Origin: Candidatus Methylomirabilia bacterium
GTDB taxonomy: Bacteria; Methylomirabilota; Methylomirabilia; Rokubacteriales; CSP1-6
Assembly (NCBI GenBank): GCA_041496385.1
Contig: JBGQEL010000003.1
Location: forward strand, 49,799 to 113,798
Reading direction: 5' to 3'
DNA length: 64,000 nt
Part shown: positions 39,976 to 51,387 of the stretch, one piece after another
Position numbering within the stretch: position 1 is the stretch's first letter
Layout of the letters: each line of letters starts with the position of its first letter
Translations under genes and position numbers: made by a program
The notes under the pieces: generated by a model
Database searches by the model: none
What the model saw: the letters and a program-made list of their open reading frames with translations, nothing else
What the model was told of the DNA's origin: nothing

Positions 39976-40710
39976 GTGGCGATCGGGCCCGTCATCGTTT
40001 ACGGCTGCGCGCCTCACCCGGTCGCGTTCGACTCGAGCGCGGCCACGGGCTCGCTCACGGGGCGGCCCGGCCGCCCGGGCCTGGTCATCGCGGCCCCCCA
40101 CGGAACCTCGGACCCCCGCACCGGCGACATCGCCGCGGAGCTCGGGCGGCGCACCGGCTTCGGTCTCGTCATCGCGACGGGCTTCAACCTGGAGCCCGAC
40201 ACGCGCGAGCGCACCGGCCGGCGGTACCAGGTGAACCGACCGTTCGTGGGTGTCCCGGGCCGGCCGGCGGCGGAGGACGTCGCCAGCGAGGAGGCGCGGC
40301 AGGTCTACGAGGCCTACGAGCGGCGCGTGCGCGAGGTCGCGCAGGGCCCCCTTCGCGTCCTCGTGGAGATCCACGGCAACGCCAACCGCGAGACGGCGGG
40401 CCGCATCGAGATCGCCACCGTCGGCGTGGACCGCGACGAGGCGCTCCGGCTCGGCACGCTCTTCGAGCTGGTCCGCGACGCGCACCTGGCGACGAACCCC
40501 GAGGCGCCGAGCCTCGCCGTCCTGATCGAGCCGGCGGGCACGCTTCGCTACGCGGCGTCGGGCGCGAAGCGCGACGGCATCTTCCGGGTCCCCGAGCGCG
40601 CGTTGCACATCGAGCTGCCGCGCGCCGCGCGCCGCGACTGGCAGGAGCTGTACACGTCGATCCTCGCCGACTTCCTCGTCCAGGCCGTGGCGCTCCCCGA
40701 CGGGCGGTAG
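39976..40710 (+). CDS. Hypothetical protein, possible lipoprotein with Zn-hydrolase-like motifs
   Basis: VYGC, APHGTSD, EIHGN, HIELP; fills gap between acpS and nnr. Confidence 0.65.
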   Translation: MAIGPVIVYGCAPHPVAFDSSAATGSLTGRPGRPGLVIAAPHGTSDPRTGDIAAELGRRTGFGLVIATGFNLEPDTRERTGRRYQVNRPFVGVPGRPAAEDVASEEARQVYEAYERRVREVAQGPLRVLVEIHGNANRETAGRIEIATVGVDRDEALRLGTLFELVRDAHLATNPEAPSLAVLIEPAGTLRYAASGAKRDGIFRVPERALHIELPRAARRDWQELYTSILADFLVQAVALPDGR

Positions 40711-40714
40711 CCCC

Positions 40715-42274
40715 GTGCTGCCGCTCTTCACCGCCGAGGAGGTCCGCGGCCTCGACCGCCGCGCGACCGCCGATCTGGGCATCGCCGGAACCACGCTCAT
40801 GGAAAACGCCGGCCGGGGCGCGGCCGAGGAGATCAAGGCGCTCCTCGACGACATGAAGGCGCCGCGCAACGCGCGCGTCGCCGTCGTGTGCGGCAAGGGC
40901 GGCAACGGCGGCGACGGGCTGGTCGTCGCGCGATGGCTCAAGAAATGGGGAGCGCGGCCGGAGGTCCTGCTCGCGTTCCCGGAGCGCGAGATCGCCGGCG
41001 ACGCGGGAGAGATGCTGCGCGCCCTCAAGCAGACCGGCCTGCGCCCCTGGCTCGTCGAGGACGAGGACGCCGCGGCCGAGGCGCTGGCGCGGTCGGAGAT
41101 CGTCGTGGACGCGCTCCTCGGCACGGGCGCGCGCGGCGCGCCGGAGGGCCGCGTCGCGCGGCTGATCGAGCTGATCAACGCGAGCGGCCGGCCCGTCGTG
41201 GCGCTCGACATCCCCTCCGGCGTGCCCGCCGACGGCGGCGCTCCGGCCGGCCCGGCGGTGCAGGCCGACCTCACGCCGACCTTCGCCGGCTGGAAGCGCG
41301 GCCTGGTCACGGGCCCGGGCGCCGACCTGGCGGGCGAGGTCGTGGTCGTGTCGATCGGCGTCCCCGAGGCCGAGGCGGCACGGGGGGTGACGACGTTCGT
41401 GCTCGAGGCGCGTGACGTCGCGCGCCACTTTCCGCCGCGGCCGCGCGACGCTCACAAGGGCACCTACGGCCACCTCCTCATCGTCGCGGGCTCGCGTGGA
41501 AAGACGGGCGCGGCGGCGCTGGCGGCCATGGCCGCGATGCGGAGCGGCGCGGGCCTCGTCACCGTGGCGACGCCGGCGAGCCAGCAGCCCATCGTGGCCG
41601 GGCTCGCGCTCGAGACGATGACCGAGGCGCTGCCGGAGACCGCCGCGCACACGCTCGCGGCGAAGAGCGGCGAGATCGTGGCCGAGCTGGCCGCGCGGCG
41701 CGACGCCGTGGCGCTCGGCCCGGGGATCGGCCTCGACGAGGAGACCCAGGCGGTCGTGCTGGGGCTCGTCGGGACGCTGGCCCGGCCCATGGCCGTGGAC
41801 GCCGACGCGCTCAGCGCGCTGGCCGGCCACCTCGACCTCCTTCGCGGCGCGCCGGCGCCGCGCTGCCTCACGCCGCATCCGGGCGAGATGGCGCGGATGC
41901 TCGGCGTCTCCACTGAAGAGATCCAGCGCGACCGCATCGCCGCCGCGCGCGCGTTCGCCACGCGGCACCGTGTCCACCTCGTGCTGAAGGGCGCCTGGAG
42001 TGTGCTCGGCGACCCCGACGGGCGCGTCTTCCTGAACCCGACGGGCAACCCGGGCATGGCGAGCGGCGGCACCGGCGACGTGCTGACGGGGATCCTCGGC
42101 GCGTTCCTGGCCCGCGGCCTGGCCCCGGGCGACGCGCTCCAGAGCGCCGTCTACCTCCACGGGCTCGCGGGCGACGTCGCCGCCGAGCAGGCCGGCGAGG
42201 AGTCGCTCGTCGCGCGCGACGTGATCGAGGCGCTTCCCGCCGCGTTCCGGAGGCTCGGCGACGCTTCCGGCTGA
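40715..42274 (+). CDS. nnr: Bifunctional NAD(P)H-hydrate epimerase/dehydratase
   Basis: LMENAG, GKGGNGGDG, DIPSG, HKGTYG, LTPHPGE, GGTGDVL. Confidence 0.94.
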   Translation: MLPLFTAEEVRGLDRRATADLGIAGTTLMENAGRGAAEEIKALLDDMKAPRNARVAVVCGKGGNGGDGLVVARWLKKWGARPEVLLAFPEREIAGDAGEMLRALKQTGLRPWLVEDEDAAAEALARSEIVVDALLGTGARGAPEGRVARLIELINASGRPVVALDIPSGVPADGGAPAGPAVQADLTPTFAGWKRGLVTGPGADLAGEVVVVSIGVPEAEAARGVTTFVLEARDVARHFPPRPRDAHKGTYGHLLIVAGSRGKTGAAALAAMAAMRSGAGLVTVATPASQQPIVAGLALETMTEALPETAAHTLAAKSGEIVAELAARRDAVALGPGIGLDEETQAVVLGLVGTLARPMAVDADALSALAGHLDLLRGAPAPRCLTPHPGEMARMLGVSTEEIQRDRIAAARAFATRHRVHLVLKGAWSVLGDPDGRVFLNPTGNPGMASGGTGDVLTGILGAFLARGLAPGDALQSAVYLHGLAGDVAAEQAGEESLVARDVIEALPAAFRRLGDASG

Positions 42275-42686
42275 GACCCTGAGCCGGGGCCCCGAGGAGA
42301 CCGCCGCCCTCGGCGAGCGGCTCGGCCGGACGCTCGGCCCCGGCGACGTCGTGGCGCTGGTGGGCGAGCTCGGGGCGGGGAAGACCTGCTTCGTCCAGGG
42401 GCTCGCGCGCGGCCTCGGCGTCGCGACCCTCGCGACGAGCCCGACGTTCGTCCTGATCAACGAGTATCGCGGGCGCCTGCCCGTCCATCACGTGGACGCC
42501 TACCGCACCGGAAGCCTCGCCGAGCTCCAGGACCTCGGGCTGCCCGAGCTGTTCGCGGGCGACGGCGTCACCCTCGTCGAGTGGGCCGACAAGCTCCGGC
42601 CGCTCCTGCCCCCGGGGACGCTCGAGGTCCGGATCGACGGCCTCGGCGACGAGCCGCGGACGATCCGCATCCGGCGGCTTCCCTAG
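42261..42686 (+). CDS. tsaE: tRNA threonylcarbamoyladenosine biosynthesis ATPase; start inferred
   Basis: GELGAGKT, SPTF, HVDAYR, VEW; conserved N-terminal helix (PEETAALGERLG) lies upstream of ORF-track start. Confidence 0.9.
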   Translation, partial: TLPAETLSRGPEETAALGERLGRTLGPGDVVALVGELGAGKTCFVQGLARGLGVATLATSPTFVLINEYRGRLPVHHVDAYRTGSLAELQDLGLPELFAGDGVTLVEWADKLRPLLPPGTLEVRIDGLGDEPRTIRIRRLP

Positions 42687-42725
42687 CGGCGTAGACTGGA
42701 CGCCGATCGAGAGAGGGGGACGGAC

Positions 42726-43676
42726 ATGCTCTTCGCCGACAACTCGCTCAGCATCGGGCGCACGCCGCTCGTCCGGCTCAACCGCATCGCCGAGGGCGCC
42801 GGCGCCACGGTGCTCGCCAAGATCGAGGGCCGCAACCCGGCCTACTCGGTGAAGTGCCGCATCGGCGCCTCGATGGTCTGGGACGCCGAGAAGCGCGGCG
42901 TGCTGCGTCAGGGCGTCGAGCTGGTCGAGCCCACGAGCGGCAACACGGGTATCGCGCTCGCCTTCGTCGCCGCCGCGCGCGGCTACGGGTGCACCCTCAC
43001 GATGCCGGAGACCATGTCGGTCGAGCGCCGCAAGGTGCTCCTGGCGCTCGGCGCCACGCTCGTCCTCACCGAGGGCCCGCTCGGCATGAAGGGCGCGATC
43101 GCGAAGGCCGAAGCGATCGTGGCCTCGGACCCCGCGCGCTATCTGATGCTGCAGCAGTTCAAGAACCCCGCGAACCCCGAGATCCACTTCAACACGACGG
43201 GGCCGGAGATCTGGGACGACACCGCGGGCGCGGTGGACGTGCTCGTCTCGGGCATCGGCACCGGCGGCACGATCACGGGCGTGTCACGCTTCATCAAGAA
43301 GATCCGCGGCAAGGCTCTTCTCAGCGTGGGCGTCGAGCCCGAGGCGAGCGCGGTGATCACCCAGACGCTGCGCGGGGAAGCGCTGAAGCCGTCGCCCCAC
43401 AAGATCCAGGGCATCGGCGCGGGCTTCGTGCCGGACGTCCTCGACCTCTCGCTCGTGGATCGGGTGGAAACCGTCTCGAACGAGGAGGCCATCGAGGTCG
43501 CGCGGCGCCTCGGGCGCGAGGAGGGCATCCTGAGCGGGGTCTCCTGCGGCGCCGCGGCCGCGGTGGCGCTGCGGCTCGCCCGCCAGCCGGAGTTCCGCGG
43601 CAAGACCATCGTCGTCATCCTGCCGGACTCCGGCGAGCGCTACCTGAGCACCGCGCTGTACGAGGGCCTCGTCTAG
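42726..43676 (+). CDS. cysK: Cysteine synthase A
   Basis: SVKCRIG PLP lysine, [28 protein letters not shown]. Confidence 0.95.
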   Translation: MLFADNSLSIGRTPLVRLNRIAEGAGATVLAKIEGRNPAYSVKCRIGASMVWDAEKRGVLRQGVELVEPTSGNTGIALAFVAAARGYGCTLTMPETMSVERRKVLLALGATLVLTEGPLGMKGAIAKAEAIVASDPARYLMLQQFKNPANPEIHFNTTGPEIWDDTAGAVDVLVSGIGTGGTITGVSRFIKKIRGKALLSVGVEPEASAVITQTLRGEALKPSPHKIQGIGAGFVPDVLDLSLVDRVETVSNEEAIEVARRLGREEGILSGVSCGAAAAVALRLARQPEFRGKTIVVILPDSGERYLSTALYEGLV

Positions 43677-43790
43677 CTCTCGCTCGCGTTCACAGGATCG
43701 GGCGCCGCGGCCCGGAGCGCCGGGGCCGGGCTCGCGCCGGGAGGGCTCGCCCGACCCCCCATCCCCCGGAGTCGGTCTTTCGGCACGCCC

Positions 43791-44000
43791 TCAAATCACG
43801 CCGAAATGCCGAAGCGCCTCTTCGATCGCCTCACGCTTTTCGGGCGGACACGGCTCGATGTCACGATCCAGACGGGCCCGGTTCGCCCCGCGCAGCGTCG
43901 GTATGCCGTGAACCTCCTTGACATGAGCGATCCACCCCGTTTTCGGGATGAAGCCGCGATGATGCTGCACGAACTTCTGAATCTCGGCGTCCGTGGCCAT
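43791..44000 (-). CDS. Small conserved hypothetical protein (69 aa)
   Basis: GAGGAGG RBS; WIAHVKE and CPPEKREAIEEALRHFGVI. Confidence 0.75.
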   Translation of the reverse strand: MATDAEIQKFVQHHRGFIPKTGWIAHVKEVHGIPTLRGANRARLDRDIEPCPPEKREAIEEALRHFGVI

Positions 44001-44038
44001 TCAAGCCCTCCTCGATCGTAGCGTCCTGCATGAGCGGC

Positions 44039-46594
44039 CTATGGTACTGGTGTGGCTGATCTCACCGCAGGTGATGCGGGGCCCATGCCGAGCAGTTTGC
44101 GCATCAGGCGGCGTTTGACCACCTCGACGAGGCCGAGATAGGTCAGGGTGACTGCGCCGAGAAATACGAAGTACGCGCCCGGGAGGGGCACGAAGCCGAG
44201 CGTCGCGGCGAGCGAGGTGAAGGGCAAGATCACGCCGATCAGCACCACGAGCACCGTGGTCACCGTCAGCGGCAGGCTCGGCCGACTGCGCAAGGGATTG
44301 CCGGCGGTCCGGATGACGAAGAGGACGAGTGTCTGCGTCGCGAGCGATTCGACGAACCAGCCCGTCTGGAACAGCGCCTCGGAGGCGCGGAAGACCCACA
44401 GCAGCACCCCAAACGTGAGGAAGTCGTAGATCGAGCTGATGGGTCCGATCACCAGCATGAACTGCTGGATGATCCCGATGTTCCACCGCTGCGGGCTCCG
44501 GATGAATGCGTCGTCGACGTTGTCGGTGGGGATCGTGATCTGGGCGAGATCGTAGAGGAAATTGTTCAGGAGGATCTGGGTCGGCAGCATCGGCAGGAAC
44601 GGCAGGAAGAGGAACGCGCCCGCCATGCTGAACATGTTGCCGAAGTTCGAGCTGGTACCCATCAGCAGGTACTTCATCACGTTGCCGAAGGCCCGCCGCC
44701 CCTCGAGGATCCCGGCGTGGAGGACGCCCAGGTCGCGTTCGAGCAGGATGATGTCGGCCGCGTCCTTGGCGACGTCCACGGCGGTCGCGACGGACACGCC
44801 GACGTCCGCCGTGTGGATGGAGGGCGCGTCGTTGATGCCGTCGCCCAGGAAGCCGACGACGTGGTTGCGGCTCTTGAGCGCCAGGATGACGCGGTTTTTC
44901 TGCGCGGGTGAGACGCGGGCGAAGACCGTCGTGTGCTCCGCCACCGCAGCGAGCGCGCCGTCGGTCATGCGCTCGATCTCGTCACCGCCGACGACGCGGG
45001 TACTGTCGAGGCCGACCTGACCGCAGACGTGCTGGGCGACCAGCTCGCTGTCGCCCGTGAGGATCTTCACCACGACCCCGTCGCGGCGGAGCGCGCGGAG
45101 CGTCTCGGCGACGCCTTCCATCGGCGGATCGAAGAAGGTCACGAAGCCGGCGAGCACGAGCTCGCGCTCGTCGCGCGCGGAATACACGGCCTGGAGCGGC
45201 GCCACCGCGTAGGCGACGGCCAGGACCCGGGATCCGTGAGCGCTCAGCTCCCGGTACGTCGCCTCGCAGCGCGCCCGCATGGCTTCATCGAGCACGGCCC
45301 GGCGATCGCCGACCTCGTATGCCGCGCAGCAGGCGAGGACGCTCTCCGGAGCCCCCTTCGTGATCAGCAGGCGCCCGCCGCTGTGCTCGACGACGACGGA
45401 GAGGCGCCGGCGCTCGAAGTCGAACGGGATCTCGTCGATCTTGCGGTAGCCGTCGTCAGCGGGCCCGCCGCGCGCGAGAATCGCCGCGTCCAGCGGGCTC
45501 TTGATGCCGGTCTGGTGGGAGCTGTTGAGACGGGCGAGCGCAAGCGGCCGCTCCGATACCTGGCCGAACGGGTCGAGGTTCCGGTCGAGCACCATGTCGC
45601 CGCTCGTGAGCGTGCCGGTCTTGTCGCTGCAGAGGACGTCCATGCTGCCGAAGTTCTCGATCGCCTCGAGGTGTTTGACGATCACCTTCTGGCGCGCCAT
45701 GTGCGCCGCGCCGCGGGAGAGGGTGACGGCGCTGATCATGGGCAGGAACTCGGGCGTGAGGCCCACCGCGAGCGCCACCGCGAAGAGCAGCGACTCGAGA
45801 AACGCGTGGTGCAGGAGCGCGCCGGCCAGCAGCACGAAGAGGACGAGGAAGAACACCGTGCGCGTGATCAGTAGCGCGAACTGCCGGGTGCCGCGCTCGA
45901 ATTCCGTCTCGGGCGGACGCATCGACAGTCGCGCGGCGATTTCGCCGAACGCGGTCGCCCGCCCCGTCGCGACGACCAGCGCCGTTGCCGTTCCGCTCAC
46001 GACGGAGGTGCCGAGGAAGACGACGTTGCGCGCATCCGCCGGCTGACGCGGCGCGACGTCGATGTCGCCCGCCTCCTTCTCGGCCGGCATCGACTCGCCC
46101 GTCAGGGCGGCCTGCTGGACGTGGAGGTCTCGGGCCTCGAGGAGTCGCGCGTCGGCAGGGACGCGATCCCCCGCCGCGAGCCTGACGATGTCGCCGGGGA
46201 CGAGGTCACGCCGTCGAATCTCGCTCCAGGTTCCGGCGCGAAGGGCGGTCGCCGTGGGCGCCACGGCGTCGCGGAGTCGCTCGGCGACGCGATGGGAACG
46301 GTAGGTCTGCACGAAGTTGAGCACCACGCTCAACACCACCATCAGGGCGATGATGGAGGCGTTGACGCGTTCGCCGAGGATCGCGGAGGCGGCGCTCGCG
46401 ATCAGCAGGATGATGACCAGGGGATTCGCCAGGAGCAGGAGGATCTGGACGAGGCCGGCCGTGCGCGGCGCGCGTGCGGGCTCGTTCGGCCCGACCTCAC
46501 CGAGCCGCCGGCGCGCTTCGTCGGCGGTCAAGCCTTGGCGCGAGGCACGGAGTTCCGCGAGAAGCGCCTCGACGGGGCCGTGTAGCGCCGTCAC
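44039..46594 (-). CDS. mgtA: Magnesium-translocating P-type ATPase
   Basis: [44 protein letters not shown] start after AGGAG. Confidence 0.93.
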   Translation of the reverse strand: MTALHGPVEALLAELRASRQGLTADEARRRLGEVGPNEPARAPRTAGLVQILLLLANPLVIILLIASAASAILGERVNASIIALMVVLSVVLNFVQTYRSHRVAERLRDAVAPTATALRAGTWSEIRRRDLVPGDIVRLAAGDRVPADARLLEARDLHVQQAALTGESMPAEKEAGDIDVAPRQPADARNVVFLGTSVVSGTATALVVATGRATAFGEIAARLSMRPPETEFERGTRQFALLITRTVFFLVLFVLLAGALLHHAFLESLLFAVALAVGLTPEFLPMISAVTLSRGAAHMARQKVIVKHLEAIENFGSMDVLCSDKTGTLTSGDMVLDRNLDPFGQVSERPLALARLNSSHQTGIKSPLDAAILARGGPADDGYRKIDEIPFDFERRRLSVVVEHSGGRLLITKGAPESVLACCAAYEVGDRRAVLDEAMRARCEATYRELSAHGSRVLAVAYAVAPLQAVYSARDERELVLAGFVTFFDPPMEGVAETLRALRRDGVVVKILTGDSELVAQHVCGQVGLDSTRVVGGDEIERMTDGALAAVAEHTTVFARVSPAQKNRVILALKSRNHVVGFLGDGINDAPSIHTADVGVSVATAVDVAKDAADIILLERDLGVLHAGILEGRRAFGNVMKYLLMGTSSNFGNMFSMAGAFLFLPFLPMLPTQILLNNFLYDLAQITIPTDNVDDAFIRSPQRWNIGIIQQFMLVIGPISSIYDFLTFGVLLWVFRASEALFQTGWFVESLATQTLVLFVIRTAGNPLRSRPSLPLTVTTVLVVLIGVILPFTSLAATLGFVPLPGAYFVFLGAVTLTYLGLVEVVKRRLMRKLLGMGPASPAVRSATPVP

Positions 46595-46767
46595 GGCGAA
46601 CGGCGCTCCTGCAATATCATCATGTCGACGCCCAGTCGCGCACCTCCGCCACGTCGTCGCCGTGCGTGGCGATATTACTCCTTGTGCTCGATCAGCGTGT
46701 CGCAGAACATCTGGTCGCGGGACATCGTGAGCCCGGTGCAACCGCTCGACAACGAGGGATGAGCCGC

Positions 46768-49125
46768 ATGGCGCTGTCGCCGCAGCAGATCCAGGGTCTC
46801 GACGCCTACTGGCGGGCGGCCAACTACCTCACCGTCGGTCAGATCTACCTCCGGGACAACCCGATGTTGCGGGAGCCGCTCACGCGCGAGCATATCAAGC
46901 CGCGGCTCCTCGGGCACTGGGGCACCTCGCCCGGCTTGAACTTCATCTACGTGCACCTGAACCGTCTGGTGAAGGAGACCGACGCCAGCGTGATCTATCT
47001 GGCCGGGCCGGGACATGGCGGCCCCGCGATCCTGGCCAACGTGTACCTCGAGGGAACCTACTCGGAGATCTATCCCGAGGTGGCGCGCGATGTCGAGGGC
47101 ATGCGCCGCTTGTTCCGGCAGTTCTCGACGCCCGGGGGCGTGCCGAGCCATGTGAGCGTGCCGACGCCGGGTTCGATCCACGAGGGCGGCGAGCTCGGGT
47201 ACGTGCTCGTCCACGCGTTCGGCGCCGCCTTCGACAATCCGGACCTGCTGGTGGCCGCGGTGATCGGGGACGGGGAGGCCGAGACGGGACCGCTCGAGGG
47301 CGGCTGGAAGGGTATCAGCTTCCTCAACCCGGCACGGGACGGCGCGGTCTTGCCGATCCTCCACCTCAACGGCTACAAGATCGCCGGTCCCACGGTCCTC
47401 GGCCGGTCCGAGGATGGTGAGATCGCGAGCCTCCTCCGAGGCCACGGCTATGAACCCCATCTCATCGGGGGTGACGACCCGGCGGTCATGCATCCCCGCT
47501 TCGCCGAGACACTGGACGTCTGCTACGCGCGGATCCGCGCTATCCAGGCCGAGGCGCGGCGGCGCGGGGTCGCGAGCCGGCCACGCTGGCCGGCGATCGT
47601 GCTACGGACGCCCAAGGGGTGGACCGGACCGAAGATGGTGGACGGCGTGCGGACCGAGGGCAGCTTCCGCTCGCATCAGGTTCCGCTGGCCGGCGTCAGG
47701 GAGAACCCGGCGCACCTGAAGATGCTCGAGGCCTGGATGCGGGGCTATCGGCCTGAAGAGCTGTTCGACGAGCGCGGCCGCCTCGTCCCGGCGCTCGCCG
47801 CGCTGGCGCCCACGGGGGCCCGCCGGCTCGGCGCCAACCCGCACGCCAACGGCGGGCGGGTCCTCGTCGATCTCGATCTTCCGGCCTTCACCGACTACGC
47901 GCTGACCGTGAGCCAGCCGGGCACGGAGCACCACGAGTCCACGCGCCCACTCGGCAAGATGATGCGGGACATCTTCAGGCGGAATGCGGGACGGCGGAAC
48001 TTCCGGCTGTTCTGCCCCGACGAGACCAACTCGAACCGGCTGGGCGACGTCTTCGAGGCGGAGAACCGCTGCTTCGTGGGCCCGACGCTGCCGGACGACG
48101 ACCACCTCTCGCCCGACGGACGGGTGATGGAGGTGCTGAGCGAGCACAACTGCCACGGCTGGCTCGAGGGCTACATCTTGACGGGGCGCCACGGGCTCTT
48201 CGCGACCTACGAGGCCTTCGCCATGGTGTCGGCCTCCATGACGATCCAGCATGCGAAGTGGCTCGAGGAGGGCATCAAGCTGCCGTGGCGGGCGCCGATC
48301 GCCTCGCTCAACATCCTCCTGACCTCCACCTGCTGGCGCAACGATCACAACGGCTTCAGCCACCAGGGACCGGGACTCATCGACGTCGTGCTCTCGAAGA
48401 AGGGCACCGTGTCGCGCATCTACCTCCCGCCGGACGCCAACTGCCTGCTTGCGGTCGCCGACCACTGCTTCAGGAGCCGGGACTACGTCAACCTGATCGT
48501 CATCGACAAGCAGCCGCAACTGCAGTGGCTGGACATGACCTCGGCCATCGAGCACTGTGCGCGCGGCGCGTCCGTCTGGACCTGGGCCGGCAACGACGGA
48601 GGCAGGGAGCCCGACGTGGTCCTGGCCGCCGCGGGTGACATTCCGACCATGGAAGTGGTCGCGGCCGCCTGGCTCCTACGAGCCTACGCGCCGGAGATGC
48701 GGGTGCGTGTCGTGAACGTCGTGGATCTCATGACGCTCTTCACGCCTCGTCTTCATCCGCACGGACTCGACGAGGCGACCTTCGCGGATCTATTCACGCG
48801 CGAAGCGCCGGTCGTCTTCGCCTTCCACGGCTACCAGCGGGCGATCCACGAGATCGTTCACGGCCGCCCGAACGCCGAGCGATTCCACGTCCGCGCGTAC
48901 AACGAAGAGGGTACGACGACGACTCCGTTCGACATGGTCGTCAAGAACGCGATGAGCCGCTACCACCTCTGCCTCGAGGCCCTCCGGCGCGTGCCTCGGG
49001 TGTCGGCGCACGGGGCTCGCCTGGCTGAGCACTGCCGAGTCAGGCTCGAGCGTCACGAGGGCCACATCCGGGAGCACCTGGAGGACATGCCGGAGGTCCG
49101 TGACTGGAAGTGGACCACCGCCTGA
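46768..49125 (+). CDS. xfp: Phosphoketolase (Xfp family)
   Basis: [45 protein letters not shown]. Confidence 0.95.
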   Translation: MALSPQQIQGLDAYWRAANYLTVGQIYLRDNPMLREPLTREHIKPRLLGHWGTSPGLNFIYVHLNRLVKETDASVIYLAGPGHGGPAILANVYLEGTYSEIYPEVARDVEGMRRLFRQFSTPGGVPSHVSVPTPGSIHEGGELGYVLVHAFGAAFDNPDLLVAAVIGDGEAETGPLEGGWKGISFLNPARDGAVLPILHLNGYKIAGPTVLGRSEDGEIASLLRGHGYEPHLIGGDDPAVMHPRFAETLDVCYARIRAIQAEARRRGVASRPRWPAIVLRTPKGWTGPKMVDGVRTEGSFRSHQVPLAGVRENPAHLKMLEAWMRGYRPEELFDERGRLVPALAALAPTGARRLGANPHANGGRVLVDLDLPAFTDYALTVSQPGTEHHESTRPLGKMMRDIFRRNAGRRNFRLFCPDETNSNRLGDVFEAENRCFVGPTLPDDDHLSPDGRVMEVLSEHNCHGWLEGYILTGRHGLFATYEAFAMVSASMTIQHAKWLEEGIKLPWRAPIASLNILLTSTCWRNDHNGFSHQGPGLIDVVLSKKGTVSRIYLPPDANCLLAVADHCFRSRDYVNLIVIDKQPQLQWLDMTSAIEHCARGASVWTWAGNDGGREPDVVLAAAGDIPTMEVVAAAWLLRAYAPEMRVRVVNVVDLMTLFTPRLHPHGLDEATFADLFTREAPVVFAFHGYQRAIHEIVHGRPNAERFHVRAYNEEGTTTTPFDMVVKNAMSRYHLCLEALRRVPRVSAHGARLAEHCRVRLERHEGHIREHLEDMPEVRDWKWTTA

Positions 49126-49142
49126 TTGCTGAGCGGGATCGC

Positions 49143-49195
49143 TTTACAAACGCTTACCTTCTCGACCGGCGTCCGCGCCGGGCGCGCGGTATGCT
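49143..49195 (+). promoter_or_regulatory. CpxR-like box and -10 upstream of response regulator
   Basis: TTTAC-N5-CTTAC at 49143-49157; TATGCT at 49190. Confidence 0.55.
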
Positions 49196-49200
49196 GCTCC

Positions 49201-49905
49201 GTGTCCGTGCGCACGGCTGCGCTCCTGATCGACGATGATGGCCGCCTGGCGGAGCTCGTGACCGAGTACCTCGGCCAGCACGCCATCGGCGTGACCGTCG
49301 CCGCCGACGGCAAGCGCGGCATCGCCGCGCTGCGCGCCGGGCGGTTCGACGTCGTGCTCCTGGACGTGATGCTCCCCGGGTGGGACGGATTCGAGACGTG
49401 CCGTCGCATCCGAGCTGCGCCCGACATCGCGGCCGTTCCGATCGTGATGCTCACCGCGAAGGGGGACGACGTCGACCGCATCGTCGGTCTCGAGCTGGGG
49501 GCCGACGACTACCTTCCCAAGCCGTTCAACCCTCGCGAATTGCTCGCGCGGATCCGCGCCGTGCTGCGTCGCGCGACCCAGAGTGCCCCGGCGCGCCCGC
49601 GCTTCCAGACCAGAGGTCTCGAGATCGACTTCGACGCCCGAGAGGTGATCGTCGAGGGCCGGAGGGCGGTGCTCACGCACTACGAGTTCGAGCTGCTCAG
49701 CGTGCTCGCCCGCGCCGCCGGACGGGTGCTGTCGCGGGACCAGTTCCTCGATGCCATGAAGGGCCGGGCGTCCGAGCCGTTCGACCGTTCGATCGACGTG
49801 CACATCTCCAACCTTCGCGCGAAGATCGAGCCCGATCCGAAGGCGCCCCGCTACATCAAGACCGTGCGCGGCGCCGGGTACGTTCTCGTGCGGGAGCGTG
49901 GGTAG
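49201..49905 (+). CDS. OmpR/CpxR-like response regulator
   Basis: LLDVMLP, GADDYLPKPF, DRSIDVHISNLR. Confidence 0.93.
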   Translation: MSVRTAALLIDDDGRLAELVTEYLGQHAIGVTVAADGKRGIAALRAGRFDVVLLDVMLPGWDGFETCRRIRAAPDIAAVPIVMLTAKGDDVDRIVGLELGADDYLPKPFNPRELLARIRAVLRRATQSAPARPRFQTRGLEIDFDAREVIVEGRRAVLTHYEFELLSVLARAAGRVLSRDQFLDAMKGRASEPFDRSIDVHISNLRAKIEPDPKAPRYIKTVRGAGYVLVRERG

Positions 49906-49910
49906 GCCGC

Positions 49911-51290
49911 ATGCGACTCCATTCGCGGATCTACCTGCATTCCTTGATCGTCCTGATCACGGCCTGCCTCACCACGGCGACCGTGTTCGCGCTCAGCGCG
50001 CGCGGGATGTTCATGCACGGGATTCCGGAGCGGGCCGCGCGACACTTCGCCTCGCTGGTCGCGGAACATTTCGACGATCCGGCCCTCCTCCAGCGCCAGC
50101 TCGATCGTTTCCATACAACGCTCGAGGTCGACGTGACCGTGCGCGACCTCACCGGGCGCATCGTGGCCGGGAGCGGTCGGGAACTTTCCCCTCTCAGCGC
50201 CGATGAGGCGGATGGTGTCGTCCGCGGCGGCGTCAGCGTGCGCGCGTGGCCGGTATGGCAGGTGGCCGCCTCCGTGCAGGATCCGGCATCCGGCGCCGCC
50301 GTCGGAATCCTCCAGGCGTCCATGCAGCGTTTCGCGGCGCCAGCGCTCGCGCGCCCGGTCGTGGGGGTGATGTTCGTTCTGCTTGTCGTGGCGGTGATCA
50401 CGCTGCCCACCGCCAGACGCATCGCACGACCGCTCCGGCGTCTGACCGAGGCGGCGACGCGGTTGGGGAGCGGCGATCTGTCGGTGCGGGTGCCCGTCGC
50501 GCAGGCCGGTCACGGCCGATCGTGGTGGCGGAGCGGGCGTCGGGACGAGCTCCAAGAGTTGACGTCTTCGTTCAACGAGATGGCCGATCGACTCGAGCGG
50601 CTCGTGCGGAGTCAGCGGGCGCTCCTCGCGAACGTCTCCCACGAGCTCCGTTCGCCGCTGACACGCATTCGCATGGCGATGGATCTCCTGCCAGACGATA
50701 TCCGGGACGGGGCCAAGCTCCGCGGTGTCGAGAGCGATCTCTCCGACCTGGACCGCTTGATCGAGGACAGCCTCACGACGGCCCGGCTGGACGAAACCGG
50801 ATTGCCGACGCGGCTCGACACGTTCGATGCGCGCCGTATTCTGACCGACGTCGCTGAGCGCGCCCAGCACGATCCCCTCATCGAGGGACGCGCGATCCAG
50901 GTCGCTCCGGGGCCACCGGTGACGCTGTGTGCTGATGAGGCACTTCTCCGGCGGGCCGTCTGGAATCTGGTGGAGAACGCCGCCAAGTACGGCGCGCCAC
51001 CGATCACGCTGGCCGCCCGCTCGGAGGAGGATCGCGTCGCGTTCACCGTCTCCGACGAGGGGCCGGGAATACCCGCGACCGACCGCGAGCGGGTCTTCGC
51101 CCCCTTCTATCGGGGCGAACGGGCGCGCACCCCGGGCGGCCATCGTGGTGTCGGGCTCGGGCTGACCCTGGCGCGCCGTATCGCCGAGGTGCACGGCGGA
51201 GCCATCGCGGTCGCCGCGGCCTCGGGCGCCGGTGGCGACGAGCGCGGCTGTCAGGTCGTCATCACGCTGCCCGCCCGGCCTCCGGCCTAG
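49911..51290 (+). CDS. Sensor histidine kinase (CpxA-like)
   Basis: 2 TM, HAMP, ANVSHELRSPLTR, HATPase boxes. Confidence 0.92.
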   Translation: MRLHSRIYLHSLIVLITACLTTATVFALSARGMFMHGIPERAARHFASLVAEHFDDPALLQRQLDRFHTTLEVDVTVRDLTGRIVAGSGRELSPLSADEADGVVRGGVSVRAWPVWQVAASVQDPASGAAVGILQASMQRFAAPALARPVVGVMFVLLVVAVITLPTARRIARPLRRLTEAATRLGSGDLSVRVPVAQAGHGRSWWRSGRRDELQELTSSFNEMADRLERLVRSQRALLANVSHELRSPLTRIRMAMDLLPDDIRDGAKLRGVESDLSDLDRLIEDSLTTARLDETGLPTRLDTFDARRILTDVAERAQHDPLIEGRAIQVAPGPPVTLCADEALLRRAVWNLVENAAKYGAPPITLAARSEEDRVAFTVSDEGPGIPATDRERVFAPFYRGERARTPGGHRGVGLGLTLARRIAEVHGGAIAVAAASGAGGDERGCQVVITLPARPPA

Positions 51291-51387
51291 CGCAGTCCTC
51301 TTCACAAGTCTTTACGCGCGCCACACACGAACTTGACCCGGCCCTCGTAGCCTGGGACCCGACGGTGAAGTTCCCTAGGAGGGAGCC

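Noticed and set aside
46600..46700. yybP-ykoY riboswitch upstream of mgtA
   Set aside because: AAGGAGTA resembles the motif but the closing GAGACC element is absent.
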